Below are positions 19,212-29,640 of a DNA stretch of 64,000 nucleotides, piece by piece; position 1 is the first letter of the stretch, and each line of letters opens with the position of its first letter. The notes under the pieces are model-generated. The model ran no database searches. It saw nothing but the letters and a program-made list of their open reading frames with translations, and was not told where the DNA came from. Origin of the DNA: Cyanidioschyzon merolae (Eukaryota); assembly GCA_000091205.1 (NCBI GenBank), contig AP006501.2. One strand, 5' to 3'. The position numbers and the translations under genes are program-made.

Positions 19212-19730
19212 GAGACAAGCTGCACAACTATCGATATCTGTGCTAGAGACAAGACCTCGGGCCTGGCCCAGCGCTGGTATCTGGCACCGAGGGTGGTGCC
19301 AGTGGCGCCCGCCCTATCCATGTGCTTCATGCATCGTGCATGGATCTAACACAGCAAGACATTGTGAGAGCGTAAGGCTTTGTCTTCTGGTCGATTCATC
19401 GTGGACGACGAGCGCCAATCGTCGAAATACCTACTTGGCCGTAGCGCCTCAACGACACACATGGCTGCGGAGCAAAGCACGCACCCCCAGTGCACTGTTC
19501 TCTGCAGGTGCTCTTGTCCACGGCATCGACGCCAAGAACAGCGCTCGCCAAGGCGCCTTGTGTACCTTTAGGGCCGACATCCCGACCAGATATAGAAACT
19601 TCCTATCTGGACGGGTGGGCACGTTCGAATCTCCTGTGCTGCAGTGGTCGCCTCCAGCCTCGGCGCTCCAGCGTACGAGCGGTCGCTGCCCAGCAACGCA
19701 CCGAGGCTCATCGTTGACCACATCGTGCTC

Positions 19731-20987
19731 CTAGCGATGTTCGCCGAGCGCGTGCCTCAGGAGGGGCGCACTCCAACCTAACAGCGCTGCATTCTGTAGA
19801 TGCGTATCGGCAATCATTTGAAAGAGTTCCCGGGTGCCGTGGCGTGACCTTTGGAGCCACAGCTCCAGATCCCCACGCATTTCATCGCCCGAGCGATCAT
19901 ACGCGGGCAACGCTCGCATAAGACAGGCATCCTCGAGCTGTGATTGCGTAAGAGTCTGCAGCCCGTCCCGCTGGAGCGCATCATCAAGGCACGCGAGTTC
20001 CGTAAAATGTCGTGCAAGCCGCTTCCGCAGCGAACGTGAGAACGATATCGGGAACGCGGGTTGTGCGAACAGCCTGCAGAGGGCGATCAACTCTGGTCGG
20101 CTGCACGAGCGCAGAGCACCGTCCAGCGTCTCCGCAGCGATGCTTTCAACACACGGAAAGGTTCCTAGGGCGTTCGCACTCACTTCTGGGTCGGTACGGG
20201 TAGCGAGCGCACGCCACAGCACCAGATGGGCCTCAATGTAGCGGATCCCTTGCATCCGCAATTGCATCTGGCGGTCCTCTTCGGTGGTGAATGTTGTCGG
20301 TTTAAAGCCCGGTATCGCTTCGGCTAGGACGGGGATCAATGCCGTCGAGATGAGGCTCACGGAGAGCAGCAGGAACGCTCGCAAGCGATCGTGACGGGTC
20401 TGAATGAGGAGCAAATGCTCCGGATAGGAGAGCGCCTCGTGGCCTCCTTTCGATAAACGCTTCTCCAGTTGTCCCGCCTGCTTCATATTCCGATACAGTT
20501 GTAGAGATCCGCGAGTGTAGGTGCGTGCACCTTCTCGAAATGTCTCCCATGCTCGTTGGAGGCGACGCCACCACGGTGCTGCGCTATCGCGTCCCGCGGG
20601 AGTTTGCTGACTCGGCTCTGTAGCCACTGCCTGACTCTTTTTGGCATCTCCCTCTCTGCCGCTTGCTTCACTGAGAAGTACCCGACCAGAAAACTGCCTT
20701 TCGGTCCGAACAGGACAGAACAGGCGAGGGTTCCGCAAGGACCAGCGTCCGCTGTATACCAGAGCGAGCGGCCTCCGCTGAACAAGTTCGGCACCGCGTC
20801 GAGAGCCACAACCCTCGAAACTGCCCACAACGAGCCCCAGCGCCCACTGATGGACGAACTGCCGTCGCAGCCTTGCCGTCATAGACGAAAAGCGCAAACC
20901 CTGGACAACGAGTCGGGGAACGTCAGGGAGACAATCGCTGGGAGCTCGTTTACCGCTGTGGCGGCGAGTCGCTGAGCGCTTCTGCAA
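19731..20987 (-). CDS. LETM1-domain protein (mitochondrial, LETM1/Mdm38-like)
   Basis: 418 aa. WWRRLQRAWETFREGARTYTRGSLQLYRNMKQAG, followed by a TM segment (LLLSVSLISTALIPVLAEAIPG) and further C-terminal sequence (...RLFAQPAFPISFSRSLRKRLARH...), resembles LETM1 ribosome-binding domain topology. Confidence 0.55.
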   Translation of the reverse strand: MQKRSATRRHSGKRAPSDCLPDVPRLVVQGLRFSSMTARLRRQFVHQWALGLVVGSFEGCGSRRGAELVQRRPLALVYSGRWSLRNPRLFCPVRTERQFSGRVLLSEASGREGDAKKSQAVATEPSQQTPAGRDSAAPWWRRLQRAWETFREGARTYTRGSLQLYRNMKQAGQLEKRLSKGGHEALSYPEHLLLIQTRHDRLRAFLLLSVSLISTALIPVLAEAIPGFKPTTFTTEEDRQMQLRMQGIRYIEAHLVLWRALATRTDPEVSANALGTFPCVESIAAETLDGALRSCSRPELIALCRLFAQPAFPISFSRSLRKRLARHFTELACLDDALQRDGLQTLTQSQLEDACLMRALPAYDRSGDEMRGDLELWLQRSRHGTRELFQMIADTHLQNAALLGWSAPLLRHALGEHR

Positions 20988-21119
20988 CGCGGCAGCACTG
21001 CTTCGCGTTCAGGCGTCACTGCCAGAAATCGCGGACGCGCTTTCAGGTCGACACCTGTTTGTTTGCCAGAGACTGTCAGGAAGTGAAACCATTTCGGGAC
21101 GCAAACCTGCTATCCGTCG

Positions 21120-23048
21120 ATGCCGAGACGCAGTCGAACCGCAGCGTTCACTGTCGCTGGCTCCGTGGGGCGTCGCGTGAACGCCCTGCCAACGCGAAAA
21201 CGTCGTCGACGAACTGCACCAGCGACTGCACCCGAAGCGAGTTCCCGAGCGTTGTTGGTACCCGTGCGACACCTGTCACTATGTGGCTGCGTAAAGCACC
21301 CGGACTTCAACCTCGCTAACCTGGAGCAGCGCCTTCGATATCGGTTTTCCCGGTATCCGGAGCTTGCGAAACTAGCTTTCTCGCACCCGGCGAGTTCTAA
21401 CGGTGACGGACACCAACGCCTGCTGAATAACGAGCGCTTAGAGTTTCTGGGCGACGCAATCTTGAGCGCTGTTGTCGCCGATAGTCTTTACCGACAGTTG
21501 CCAGAGGCCCGAGAAGGCGAGCTCTCCGTCATCCGAGCCGCCGTGGTCTCCCGCGACGCCTGTGCCAAGTACTTTGCCAGACTGGGCCTCGAGGAGTTTC
21601 TCGAATTCGGCCCGGTTCCACCTCCAGTGTACGAACGCCTTTCACGAACCCAGAATATTCGAGCAAATGCTTTCGAGGCGATCCTAGGGGCGATTTATAT
21701 CGACGGCGGTTACGAGGCTGCACTGGAGTTCTTTTTGATGCACTTTGCAGAGGATCTCATTCATAAACAGATCCACCCTGTGCCAAACTATAAAAGCGTG
21801 TTGCAGGAATGGGCGAGTCAGCAAAAGGAAGTTGTCACGGAACTACCTTCGTACGAGATTTTGAAGAAGAGCGGTGCAGCGCACAGTCCGCATTTCGATG
21901 TTCGCGTTTGCATGCGCGTACGCGGCGCTCCGGAGCCCATTGAGTGCCACGGGAGCGGACGCAGCAGGAAACAAGCGGAACAAGTCGCTGCTAAAGCGCT
22001 GCTTCAATTGATGGGTGTCCCGATAGACAGAAACGAACCCAGGGACAGTCAACATGAAGCTCCGTCAGCGCTCGTCGAAGCAACAGCGCCTCTGCTCGGG
22101 TCTGCGGCTGGCACCATGCATCCATCGCGCTTGTCGCACAGCAATGGTCAGCAGACGTCCAGCGCTCGAGAACAACGCGTGCTCTGGGACGGTCGTCAGC
22201 GTCGCCAGTCGATCGACGACGTTCGTCGGTCCACGGATTTAGAGATGGTCATTCCAGCGGCGTACGGAGGAGCGGCAGCCTCCTTGGCCACGGTATGTCA
22301 ATGGATTGCTGATGCGTATACGGTGCCGGTGGCAATGGCGTGTTTGTCTCACTTTGCGCTCACGGGAAGCATTGCCGCCAACCAGACCTGGATGCAACAC
22401 CCACTCATTCCGCAGCTCTTCTGGGCTGTCGTGCTGGATCGGAGTCTGCTGACGCTGGCAGACGATGCACCGGTGGAGACGGTACAAGAGATGCTGCCTT
22501 CGGGGCAACGCATGATACGAGTCTACAGTTCGTCGGACGCTGGGGATGGTGCACTTCAGCTGGACCCGCTTGCACCGGGAGCAGAATCGGCGAACTTTTT
22601 CGTTGCTCGTCGCCTGGTGGTGCCGCGCTCGGAGAAGACCTTGTCCATGGGAATGTTTGTTCGATTTCAGGGGTGTCTCGTTCCGCAGCGGAACGATTTC
22701 GAAACGGATTTTATTAGCGATGACATCACGCAGGCTTGGCTAACGGCGCTCGTAGCGACTGTGGCGCTCATGTTCGTCAACGAGTCGTCGTCGGCATCGG
22801 AGACGGCGGAGCGCACGGAGCCGACGGTACCGCATTCGCACTGGACGGGCACGTTCGTACGAGAAGCAGTGCAGGAATGGAGCGATGCGCCTGGGCAGCG
22901 CGCTTTGGCGCGATTACGGCTGGCGTGCTCGCGCATCCTTCAAGAGCTGAGCGGATACGGGTTGTTGCGCTGGAATCGTCGGAACACGGTTCTCTCGTTG
23001 CATGCATCATTGTTGTTGCAATTTGCGAGGACCTGGTTATTGATTTGA
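21120..23048 (+). CDS. RNase III domain + dsRBD protein with about 350-aa C-terminal extension (likely organellar)
   Basis: RNase III signature (NERLEFLGDAILSAVV...NAFEAILGAIYIDGG) followed by a dsRBD (NYKSVLQEWASQQKE...HSPHFDVRVCMRVRG...GSGRSRKQAEQVAAKALLQL). The R-rich N-terminus looks like a presequence. The C-terminal half has no recognised domain. Confidence 0.8.
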   Translation: MPRRSRTAAFTVAGSVGRRVNALPTRKRRRRTAPATAPEASSRALLVPVRHLSLCGCVKHPDFNLANLEQRLRYRFSRYPELAKLAFSHPASSNGDGHQRLLNNERLEFLGDAILSAVVADSLYRQLPEAREGELSVIRAAVVSRDACAKYFARLGLEEFLEFGPVPPPVYERLSRTQNIRANAFEAILGAIYIDGGYEAALEFFLMHFAEDLIHKQIHPVPNYKSVLQEWASQQKEVVTELPSYEILKKSGAAHSPHFDVRVCMRVRGAPEPIECHGSGRSRKQAEQVAAKALLQLMGVPIDRNEPRDSQHEAPSALVEATAPLLGSAAGTMHPSRLSHSNGQQTSSAREQRVLWDGRQRRQSIDDVRRSTDLEMVIPAAYGGAAASLATVCQWIADAYTVPVAMACLSHFALTGSIAANQTWMQHPLIPQLFWAVVLDRSLLTLADDAPVETVQEMLPSGQRMIRVYSSSDAGDGALQLDPLAPGAESANFFVARRLVVPRSEKTLSMGMFVRFQGCLVPQRNDFETDFISDDITQAWLTALVATVALMFVNESSSASETAERTEPTVPHSHWTGTFVREAVQEWSDAPGQRALARLRLACSRILQELSGYGLLRWNRRNTVLSLHASLLLQFARTWLLI

Positions 23049-24323
23049 ATGAAGCGATGCGTTGCACGGCGCGTAGGGTTCGGTGGGGTTTCGGCTTCTC
23101 CCTGTGGATGCAGGCACATTCTTGCTGTTCTCGATTTCCGTTGCGATGCGGTAGAGATGTGGACGCATTACGTGTGGCTTGTGGGCCTGCGCTACACACC
23201 GGGTAGAGAAGCGCACCGGGCTACATCGGGCGAGCGCGGCTTGATCAACGAAGATGCAGGTGTTTTGCTGGCAAGTGCACGGTATGTTCAGCTGGTGTCC
23301 CGTACGCTTTGCGTCTGCAGGTGGGCGCGTTGCCAAGGCAGCAGCCAGCATTGGTGATCAGTAGCTTTGCCGGCCTCTGGGCACCGTCTCGCCGTGTCGC
23401 TGGGTGCATCTGGTGTATAGGTCCAGCAGCTTGTTCAATGGATTTGTCTAGCACGCCCAGCATTCGTAACGACTGCTGCGGCGCTATACGCTCTGACGAG
23501 AAACTGCAGGGCACTGCAGAAGCCGAAACAGATCGTTAGCATACGGGGCACCCCTGCGACCTCGCGTAAGGGTGTATCCTGCTCGCGCGTACGGACCAAG
23601 AGGTTTTCCGGGGACGCGCATCTGATGTTGAATTGGCTGCGAATCGTCCCGAATGCAAGTGCGACTCCGAATGTAAAGTTCGATATACCAGGCGTGCGTG
23701 GTATCGGCCGCTCGAAGTAGCTGCTAACGCCCGCTCGCTAAACCCCATTCGTGCAGCATGCAGCGAATCCTTTGCGCTTTTCTTGTCCAGGTGTAGTTTC
23801 TCCATCATCAGAATCAACCGCACAACCTGTAGAATCTCGCATCACAGTCCAACATGATCATCAGTCAAAATTCGAGGGACCTGCCACGATTCATGCGGCG
23901 TCCAGATGAGCGGGAACGTGTGATTCGCACGTGCTGGTGCCGTCTAGCCTGCAGGTTATATTCCGCGCCGCTCGATGCAGTGAAAGAAATGTGCATTGGG
24001 TTCTCGTCCAAAAGGGAAAGGTCGGCTTCGAACACGCCACAACAACAATACGAACAACAGAGCCGCATGAGATCCCTCTGCAGCGCAAGTTCTCGCGTCC
24101 TTTCGTGATCAGCGCCAGCGTACCGACACCTGCCCACATGGAATCAGACATGCGCGGTGACGCTGAGGCCATGAAAACTACCACGGAACGCGTCCGGCAA
24201 AAGTGGTGTGCGCTTGAACCCTATGCAGAGGCGCTACGACCGCTCCTCTGCAGAGCGAGAGTAGAAAAGGATTGATGTAAAAAGTTCGCATTGGCTGCGG
24301 CTTTGGCACTCTCTCGACCAAAA

Positions 24324-26591
24324 TCACACGAACCCACGCAGCGACAAGAAACACAGGGCGGTGAGCGCGGCGGATACCGGAACGGTAACAAACCAACTAA
24401 GGAGAATGTTCAGCAGGACACGGCGATTCACGGAGCCACGACCCGTCGCCAGTCCCATCGCCACAATGGATCCAATGAGCGTGTGTGTTGTCGACACGGG
24501 CATGCCGATCTGCGTGGCCATGAGCACCGTCAACGCTGTGGATAGCTCGACACAAAAGCCTCTCGTCGGTACAAGGTGCGTGATCTTCTTGCCTACAGTG
24601 TCCATCACGGGACGTCCCCAGACGCCGAGTCCGAACGAGATTCCGAGTCCTCCAAGAACCAGCGCCCACGGCGGTACCAGTACTTCACCGGAGACCGCAG
24701 CGCTGCCGCCACTGCGATACACCGCTAAGATGCTCGCAAAGGGACCGATGGCATTCGAGACATCATTGGACCCGTGGCTGAAACTCACAAAACACGCCGT
24801 AAGCAGCTGAAGAATCGAGAACACCTGTTCAATAATGTCATGCTGACGCTTCCGAGCATACGTTGTCAGACTCAAAGACGTTGACGACATCACGATATCC
24901 ATGGTCGTTGGCACGTATTCACAGGTTGGCAAGAGCTGGATATCCTCACTCCAGTGCGCTCCTGACGAATACTCATCTTCATTTGTGCTCTCCTCGTTCG
25001 CTTGAAGCGCACCGAATGCGGCTAGCGCGACTGCGGCGGCCTCACTGGCGTCAATTTTACGCCCATTGCCGCGAATATTCTCCCGTGGGATGCTTCTCCG
25101 CACAAACTGTTTGCTGTGGATGAAGCTCGTCAGAGCGCCGGAAACTCCAGCCCCCAGCGCAGCCACACCGAAGGAGCTCGCAACAGCCTGAAACAATGTC
25201 CATCCTGTCGAATGCTCACTCTCCAGTTGCAAGAATAGAGTCAGGATGAAGAGCATCGAGCCGCACAACGTCGGCAGCCAGCGACGCATCGCTCGAGTCG
25301 GACGCGGCGCATCGATGATCGTTTGCCGGATGAACCGGAATAGCAGCCATGCCACAACGCCGCCCATCAACGGCGAAATGATCCAGCTCAGAACGATACG
25401 TAGAACTGCTTCCCACTGGATTTTCCAGCCAGAAATCATGCCGAGGCCAATAAGTGAGCCCACAACCGAGTGTGTCGATGACACTGGCAAGCCGTAGCGA
25501 GTAGCTAGACCCAGCCACATGGTGCATCCCACTAACACACAGAGCATTCCCAACATGTAGAGAGATGGCGAAGTTGCAACAGCACCAGATATGGACACTA
25601 CTCCTGTAGATATGGTCTTGGTGACTGTCGAACCAAATAGGACAGCACCAGCGAACTCGCAAACAGCGCCTATGGCAAGCGCCTTGCCAATAGATACCGC
25701 CCCGGTTCCTACTGATGTGCCAAGGGCATTGGCCACGTCATTTGCTCCAAGCGCTGCAGAGAGTAAGAACGCTATGCAAAGCGATAAGCAAACAAGCACA
25801 AAAGGCGACAAAATGTGACCGGATAGAGTACCGGCAGCTGCACTGGCAGCATCCGCCACAAGCGAGGCGTTTAAACGGAAACCACGCTGCGTCGTCTGCC
25901 GCGGTGCGGTCCAGCGAGCACGTTCCCGCAACGACTCTCGCACTCGCAGCCATGTCGGTGACAATTGAGCTGCTCTGATACCATAATTTCTACAAGAAAA
26001 GCACGAAATGGAAGAACGATGAGCGCGAGTCGACCCCGAAAGCTCGCTCCTAACTGCAAGGCGACCAGGATGCACAGGCAAACAAAGCGCCCTCTGAGCT
26101 GGTCCACTGACCACGTATGCCAGGTGAGGCGGTCGCCCGCCGCATTTACCCGGTCTCATGGACACCTGTAAGCGCCTATAGTTACCGCAAACGTCACGAA
26201 TCGCGCCTAGGCCCCTTTGGTGACACACAGCCAAACGCTTGTCCTTTTGCACGGAGCACGCACGAGACACGCATGTATGCACGCAAGCACTGCACGCACG
26301 CACGCACGCACGCACTGCGCGCAGGACGCTCGTACCACTGCCTGACGCTTTGGGTGGCGCTCGATTCGCGCGCGATGAGGCACCCATCGTTCCATCTACT
26401 TCCAAGTTCCATAACCCATACTTCTTCTCGGATATTCTTGTTGCTTCACGTCTTGTTTTGTGCAGCGAGTGCTTGCAGTGAGCTCCCACGATAGCACCTA
26501 TATCATCGGTGCGGTCGTTGCACAGAAGCAGGACGGGTTTGTCGTACCACAGATGGCGTCGGCACGAGCGGGTAGACTGATACCCACGCAC
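24324..26591 (-). CDS. PiT-family (PHO4) sodium/phosphate symporter; N-terminal boundary uncertain
   Basis: Both PiT signature repeats are present (GANDVANALGTSVG and GSNDVSNAIGPFA), with multiple TM segments. The first roughly 190 aa of the ORF are not transporter-like, so the true start or an intron is unresolved. Confidence 0.8.
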   Translation of the reverse strand: MRGYQSTRSCRRHLWYDKPVLLLCNDRTDDIGAIVGAHCKHSLHKTRREATRISEKKYGLWNLEVDGTMGASSRANRAPPKASGSGTSVLRAVRACVRACSACVHTCVSRACSVQKDKRLAVCHQRGLGAIRDVCGNYRRLQVSMRPGKCGGRPPHLAYVVSGPAQRALCLPVHPGRLAVRSELSGSTRAHRSSISCFSCRNYGIRAAQLSPTWLRVRESLRERARWTAPRQTTQRGFRLNASLVADAASAAAGTLSGHILSPFVLVCLSLCIAFLLSAALGANDVANALGTSVGTGAVSIGKALAIGAVCEFAGAVLFGSTVTKTISTGVVSISGAVATSPSLYMLGMLCVLVGCTMWLGLATRYGLPVSSTHSVVGSLIGLGMISGWKIQWEAVLRIVLSWIISPLMGGVVAWLLFRFIRQTIIDAPRPTRAMRRWLPTLCGSMLFILTLFLQLESEHSTGWTLFQAVASSFGVAALGAGVSGALTSFIHSKQFVRRSIPRENIRGNGRKIDASEAAAVALAAFGALQANEESTNEDEYSSGAHWSEDIQLLPTCEYVPTTMDIVMSSTSLSLTTYARKRQHDIIEQVFSILQLLTACFVSFSHGSNDVSNAIGPFASILAVYRSGGSAAVSGEVLVPPWALVLGGLGISFGLGVWGRPVMDTVGKKITHLVPTRGFCVELSTALTVLMATQIGMPVSTTHTLIGSIVAMGLATGRGSVNRRVLLNILLSWFVTVPVSAALTALCFLSLRGFV
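26292..26316. repeat. (GCAC)6 microsatellite
   Basis: Direct read of gcacgcacgcacgcacgcacgcac. Confidence 0.9.
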
Positions 26592-27125
26592 AGGCGCCTC
26601 GCAGTGTTTTTTGACCGGCCCTCTGCTATCGGTAGTAATGCTTGTCCGTGCACGTTTCGAGTCTGAGAGTCTGTCCCATTAAGTAAGATGGCCTAATTTC
26701 GTCAGCACTCGTCTTCATCCCCACACATCGTCTGATATTCATGGCGGTGGTGACGTCTCGGTTCACGAACGCTATTCGTGCATTGACACTGATTGAACGC
26801 ACCAATGCAATGATTGCTAGAACTCGCGTACCCAGCGCCACTGACGCCTTGTTGTCGCCCCATTCTACAAATACCTTTTCTCGTGTCTTGCCCTTCTTCT
26901 ACTTTTCATCGTCATTTGCGCTTCTTCGGTCTATTGTCGGTGGGAAGAGGCTTTTTTCGTTTTCTTCCTGCAACCGGCGATGGTGGCCCTCCTGGATCCC
27001 CGACTACCATGTGCGTACGTTTTCCTTGGATTTTTTTTGTTTCATCAAATGAAGACACTTCGAATGCATCCGCTATACACCGCGAAAAAGCATTTGATGA
27101 CATACACATTGACCTGGAACTCCAT
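26570..27125 (-). mobile_element. Short internally deleted Fanzor/TnpB-like derivative (copy D)
   Basis: Minus-strand ORF 26912..27109 encodes the 5' region MCMSSNAFSRCIADAFEVSSFDE...GDPGGPPSPVAGRKRKKPLP (NLS-like). Downstream ORF 26626..26841 encodes FVNRDVTTAMNIRRC...QTLRLETCTDKH (RuvC-III + tail). Both are homologous to copies A, B and F, and the middle of the gene is missing. Confidence 0.6.
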
Positions 27126-27801
27126 TTATGTGAAGGACTGTAATGATGGCGCTGTCGTGGCGAACGCTTTGCTTGACTATGCGATGCGCAGCGTCAGCAT
27201 GCTCACCGGTACGTCATCGACCGCCGTAGCAGTGGCTGCTGTATCAGAGCGTCCTGGAAACAACAAGGCGCTTCTGCTGGCCTCGTTCTCGAGCCGCATT
27301 TTGTGTCCCGGACGTATGGTGCCTGCAAGCAACAGTCGTTTACGTTGAGACTATCTGCCCATAGATGCCGACTGTCTAGACTCAAAGCTCGGCTAGGGCG
27401 CAAGTCCCATGAAACTCGCTGCTCTCTTGCGCCTTGTCCTCTTTGCGAGGCGCTGGATTGCCAGTCGCCGTCGTTCCACACTCAATTACAAGCGTCTCGA
27501 ATGATGCGGGCAAGCGCTACGACTCAAATGGACTACAGTTCCGTAACTGGGTGACTCGCATGCCGGTATTCGACACGCGTTAGATACAGGTGCTCAGGGA
27601 TGCCCCGAGCATGACCCCTTCAATACATCACGTGACGAATGCATTGAAGAAGAATTCTTTCGATTATTCCCCAGTAGACATGAGCATGTCGTCTCCAGCC
27701 GAACCTTTCGCTCACTCACCATTTGCTCCGATGCAATTCACGTCATGCTCGGATGTGTATATGCATTCCAGCACATGTCCAATTCGTGGCGTTATTAGAT
27801 T

Positions 27802-28833
27802 TTATTCCAGTTTAAACAGAATCTTTCCCTTACGATCCGGGGCAAACTGTGCCCGAAAAGCGTCCTCATACTTTTCGAGTGTATATTCTTGCTCCACTTG
27901 CGGCCGCATTTCACCTTTGCGAATCATATCAAGTACTTCCTCGAAAATCGTCTGCTTCTGCTTCTTCAGCCAAGTTGCGAGCCAGAAACCGCGGACAACG
28001 ATGCCCTTAAAGATCAGATCACTGTTCATGACACACGTCGGTTTGCCGCTCTGCAAGCCGTACCCGACGAAAAGGCCGCCCGGGGAGAGCGCTGCCAGCG
28101 CAGCCGAGCCCATCTCGCCGCCAACAGCGTCAACGACGGCAGCGAGCCCGCGTCCATTCGTTATCGCGTTGAGACGCTCGGCGAGGTTCGGCTCCTCGCC
28201 AAAAACGATCACCTCGTCTGCCCCGAGCTGTTTCAGTTCCGCAACAGATGCTTTCGATCGCACAAAGTTCACCGTGCACAAGCCCCGCTTTTTCGCCAGC
28301 TGGATGAACATACGACCGAGAGTCGAGTTCGCCGCTGTCTGTCCGATCCACGGGTTGCCGTGAACCGGCGCCTCCGCTTCGATCTGCTCCAACATGCCAA
28401 CCACGGTCAGCGGGTTCACTATCAATTGAGCGGCCTCTTTATCACCGATATCCTGTGGTACTTTGATACAGAGGTTTTCGTCCACCACGAGGTACTGTTG
28501 CCAGCAGCCCGAGCGATCCAAAAGTGTTGGAATCACACGCGTCCCGACAGGAAGCGAGGTCGCTGGACCTTGCGCCACAACTTCTCCGACACCCTCGAGG
28601 CCGCCAACAAACCCAGGACGACGTTCGCGCACTGCGGCTACCCCAGGGTACACGCCTTGGACGACAAACACGTCGGCAGGGTTGAGGCACGCATACCGCA
28701 TCTTCACGAGCACCTGACCCGGACCAGGCTTCGGGACAGAAGCAGTGGTGTTCAACCTAAGTGCTCCCTTCAGCGGATCGCCAAAACTTACAATTTCCAG
28801 AGCTTTCTGCGTTGACGGTATATGTGTTGCCAT
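27802..28833 (-). CDS. MDR-superfamily NAD(P)H oxidoreductase (enoyl reductase / quinone oxidoreductase-like)
   Basis: About 343 aa from ATG 28833. Has GPGQVLVKMRYACLNPADVF and a Rossmann motif (GGEMGSAALAALSPGGLFVGYG), as in zinc-free MDR/MECR-like enzymes. Confidence 0.75.
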   Translation of the reverse strand: MATHIPSTQKALEIVSFGDPLKGALRLNTTASVPKPGPGQVLVKMRYACLNPADVFVVQGVYPGVAAVRERRPGFVGGLEGVGEVVAQGPATSLPVGTRVIPTLLDRSGCWQQYLVVDENLCIKVPQDIGDKEAAQLIVNPLTVVGMLEQIEAEAPVHGNPWIGQTAANSTLGRMFIQLAKKRGLCTVNFVRSKASVAELKQLGADEVIVFGEEPNLAERLNAITNGRGLAAVVDAVGGEMGSAALAALSPGGLFVGYGLQSGKPTCVMNSDLIFKGIVVRGFWLATWLKKQKQTIFEEVLDMIRKGEMRPQVEQEYTLEKYEDAFRAQFAPDRKGKILFKLE

Positions 28834-28838
28834 AGAGT

Positions 28839-29640
28839 TTGCAAATCGGTTGCGTCTTCCAGCAACGACACCGCCAGGCCTGTGTCTGGAATCAATTTTG
28901 GGGCAGGGAGTGCGCACATCAGGCTGGCCGCGTCCACCCGCCACACCTGGACCCGTGCCGCGGTATGCGAAAGAATCTGGACTGTGGGAGGCAGCGTGCA
29001 TTCGTCAACTTTTTCAATCAGTTGAGCGCCTTGAAGGAGGATCAAAGTCAGAGGCTCGTAGTAGCGTACGGAGCAGGGCGCTGGAAGACCCATAAAGGGA
29101 CGAGGCCAGCTCCAACGACAAGAATGTATGAGGCGTGCACACGGCGTTTCGTTACGATACCGATAGATGAGTTCCGAATATCCTATACACACCATGAACT
29201 GGGATGCACACTTCAGAGGGTCGAGATGGAAACGTGCCAACGGAGCCCTGAGGATATAAAAAAGCACGGACCGCTGACGGAAGAGCAAATGGAAAGGAGG
29301 GCGAAAGTTCGTGGACAACTTGCACTAGTGAGTACAACCTATGATAGTAAGAAACGTATGGAGTTCGTGAATCGTGACTTTAATCCTGCTATCAATATAA
29401 GGAAATGTGCGGTGCTGGAGACGAGACCTCCAGAGTAGACAAGACAGAATTTTACTGGACAACCTCTCAAGATTGAACCATATGAGAAAAAGTTTGAAGC
29501 AGTAGTGAGTGGCCGGTCGAAAAAGGCCGGGAAGCGTCTGTACGTCAGTTGGAGCCTTCTCGTCCAGGGCGGGTTTTTCGCCACTACTGTATACCGCTGG
29601 CGACGTTCGACTTTAGAACGGCGTTTACTTTTGGTGAAAT
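28839..29640 (+). mobile_element. Fanzor/TnpB-like 3' half (copy E), single frame through RuvC-II..RuvC-III
   Basis: ORF 28839..29438 encodes ...NFFNQLSALKEDQSQRLVVAYGAGRWKTHKG...RMYEACTRRFVTIPIDEFRISYTHHELGCTLQRVEMETCQR...KKRMEFVNRDFNPAINIRKCAVLETRPPE. After a stop the tail continues ([34 protein letters not shown]...[10 protein letters not shown]). It fills the divergent intergenic region between the MDR gene and NDUFS8. Confidence 0.65.

Noticed and set aside
27590-28815. Plus-strand ORFs of 257 and 308 aa overlapping the MDR oxidoreductase gene
   Set aside because: Antisense to a gene with clear NAD(P)-binding and NPADV motifs. No recognisable domains.
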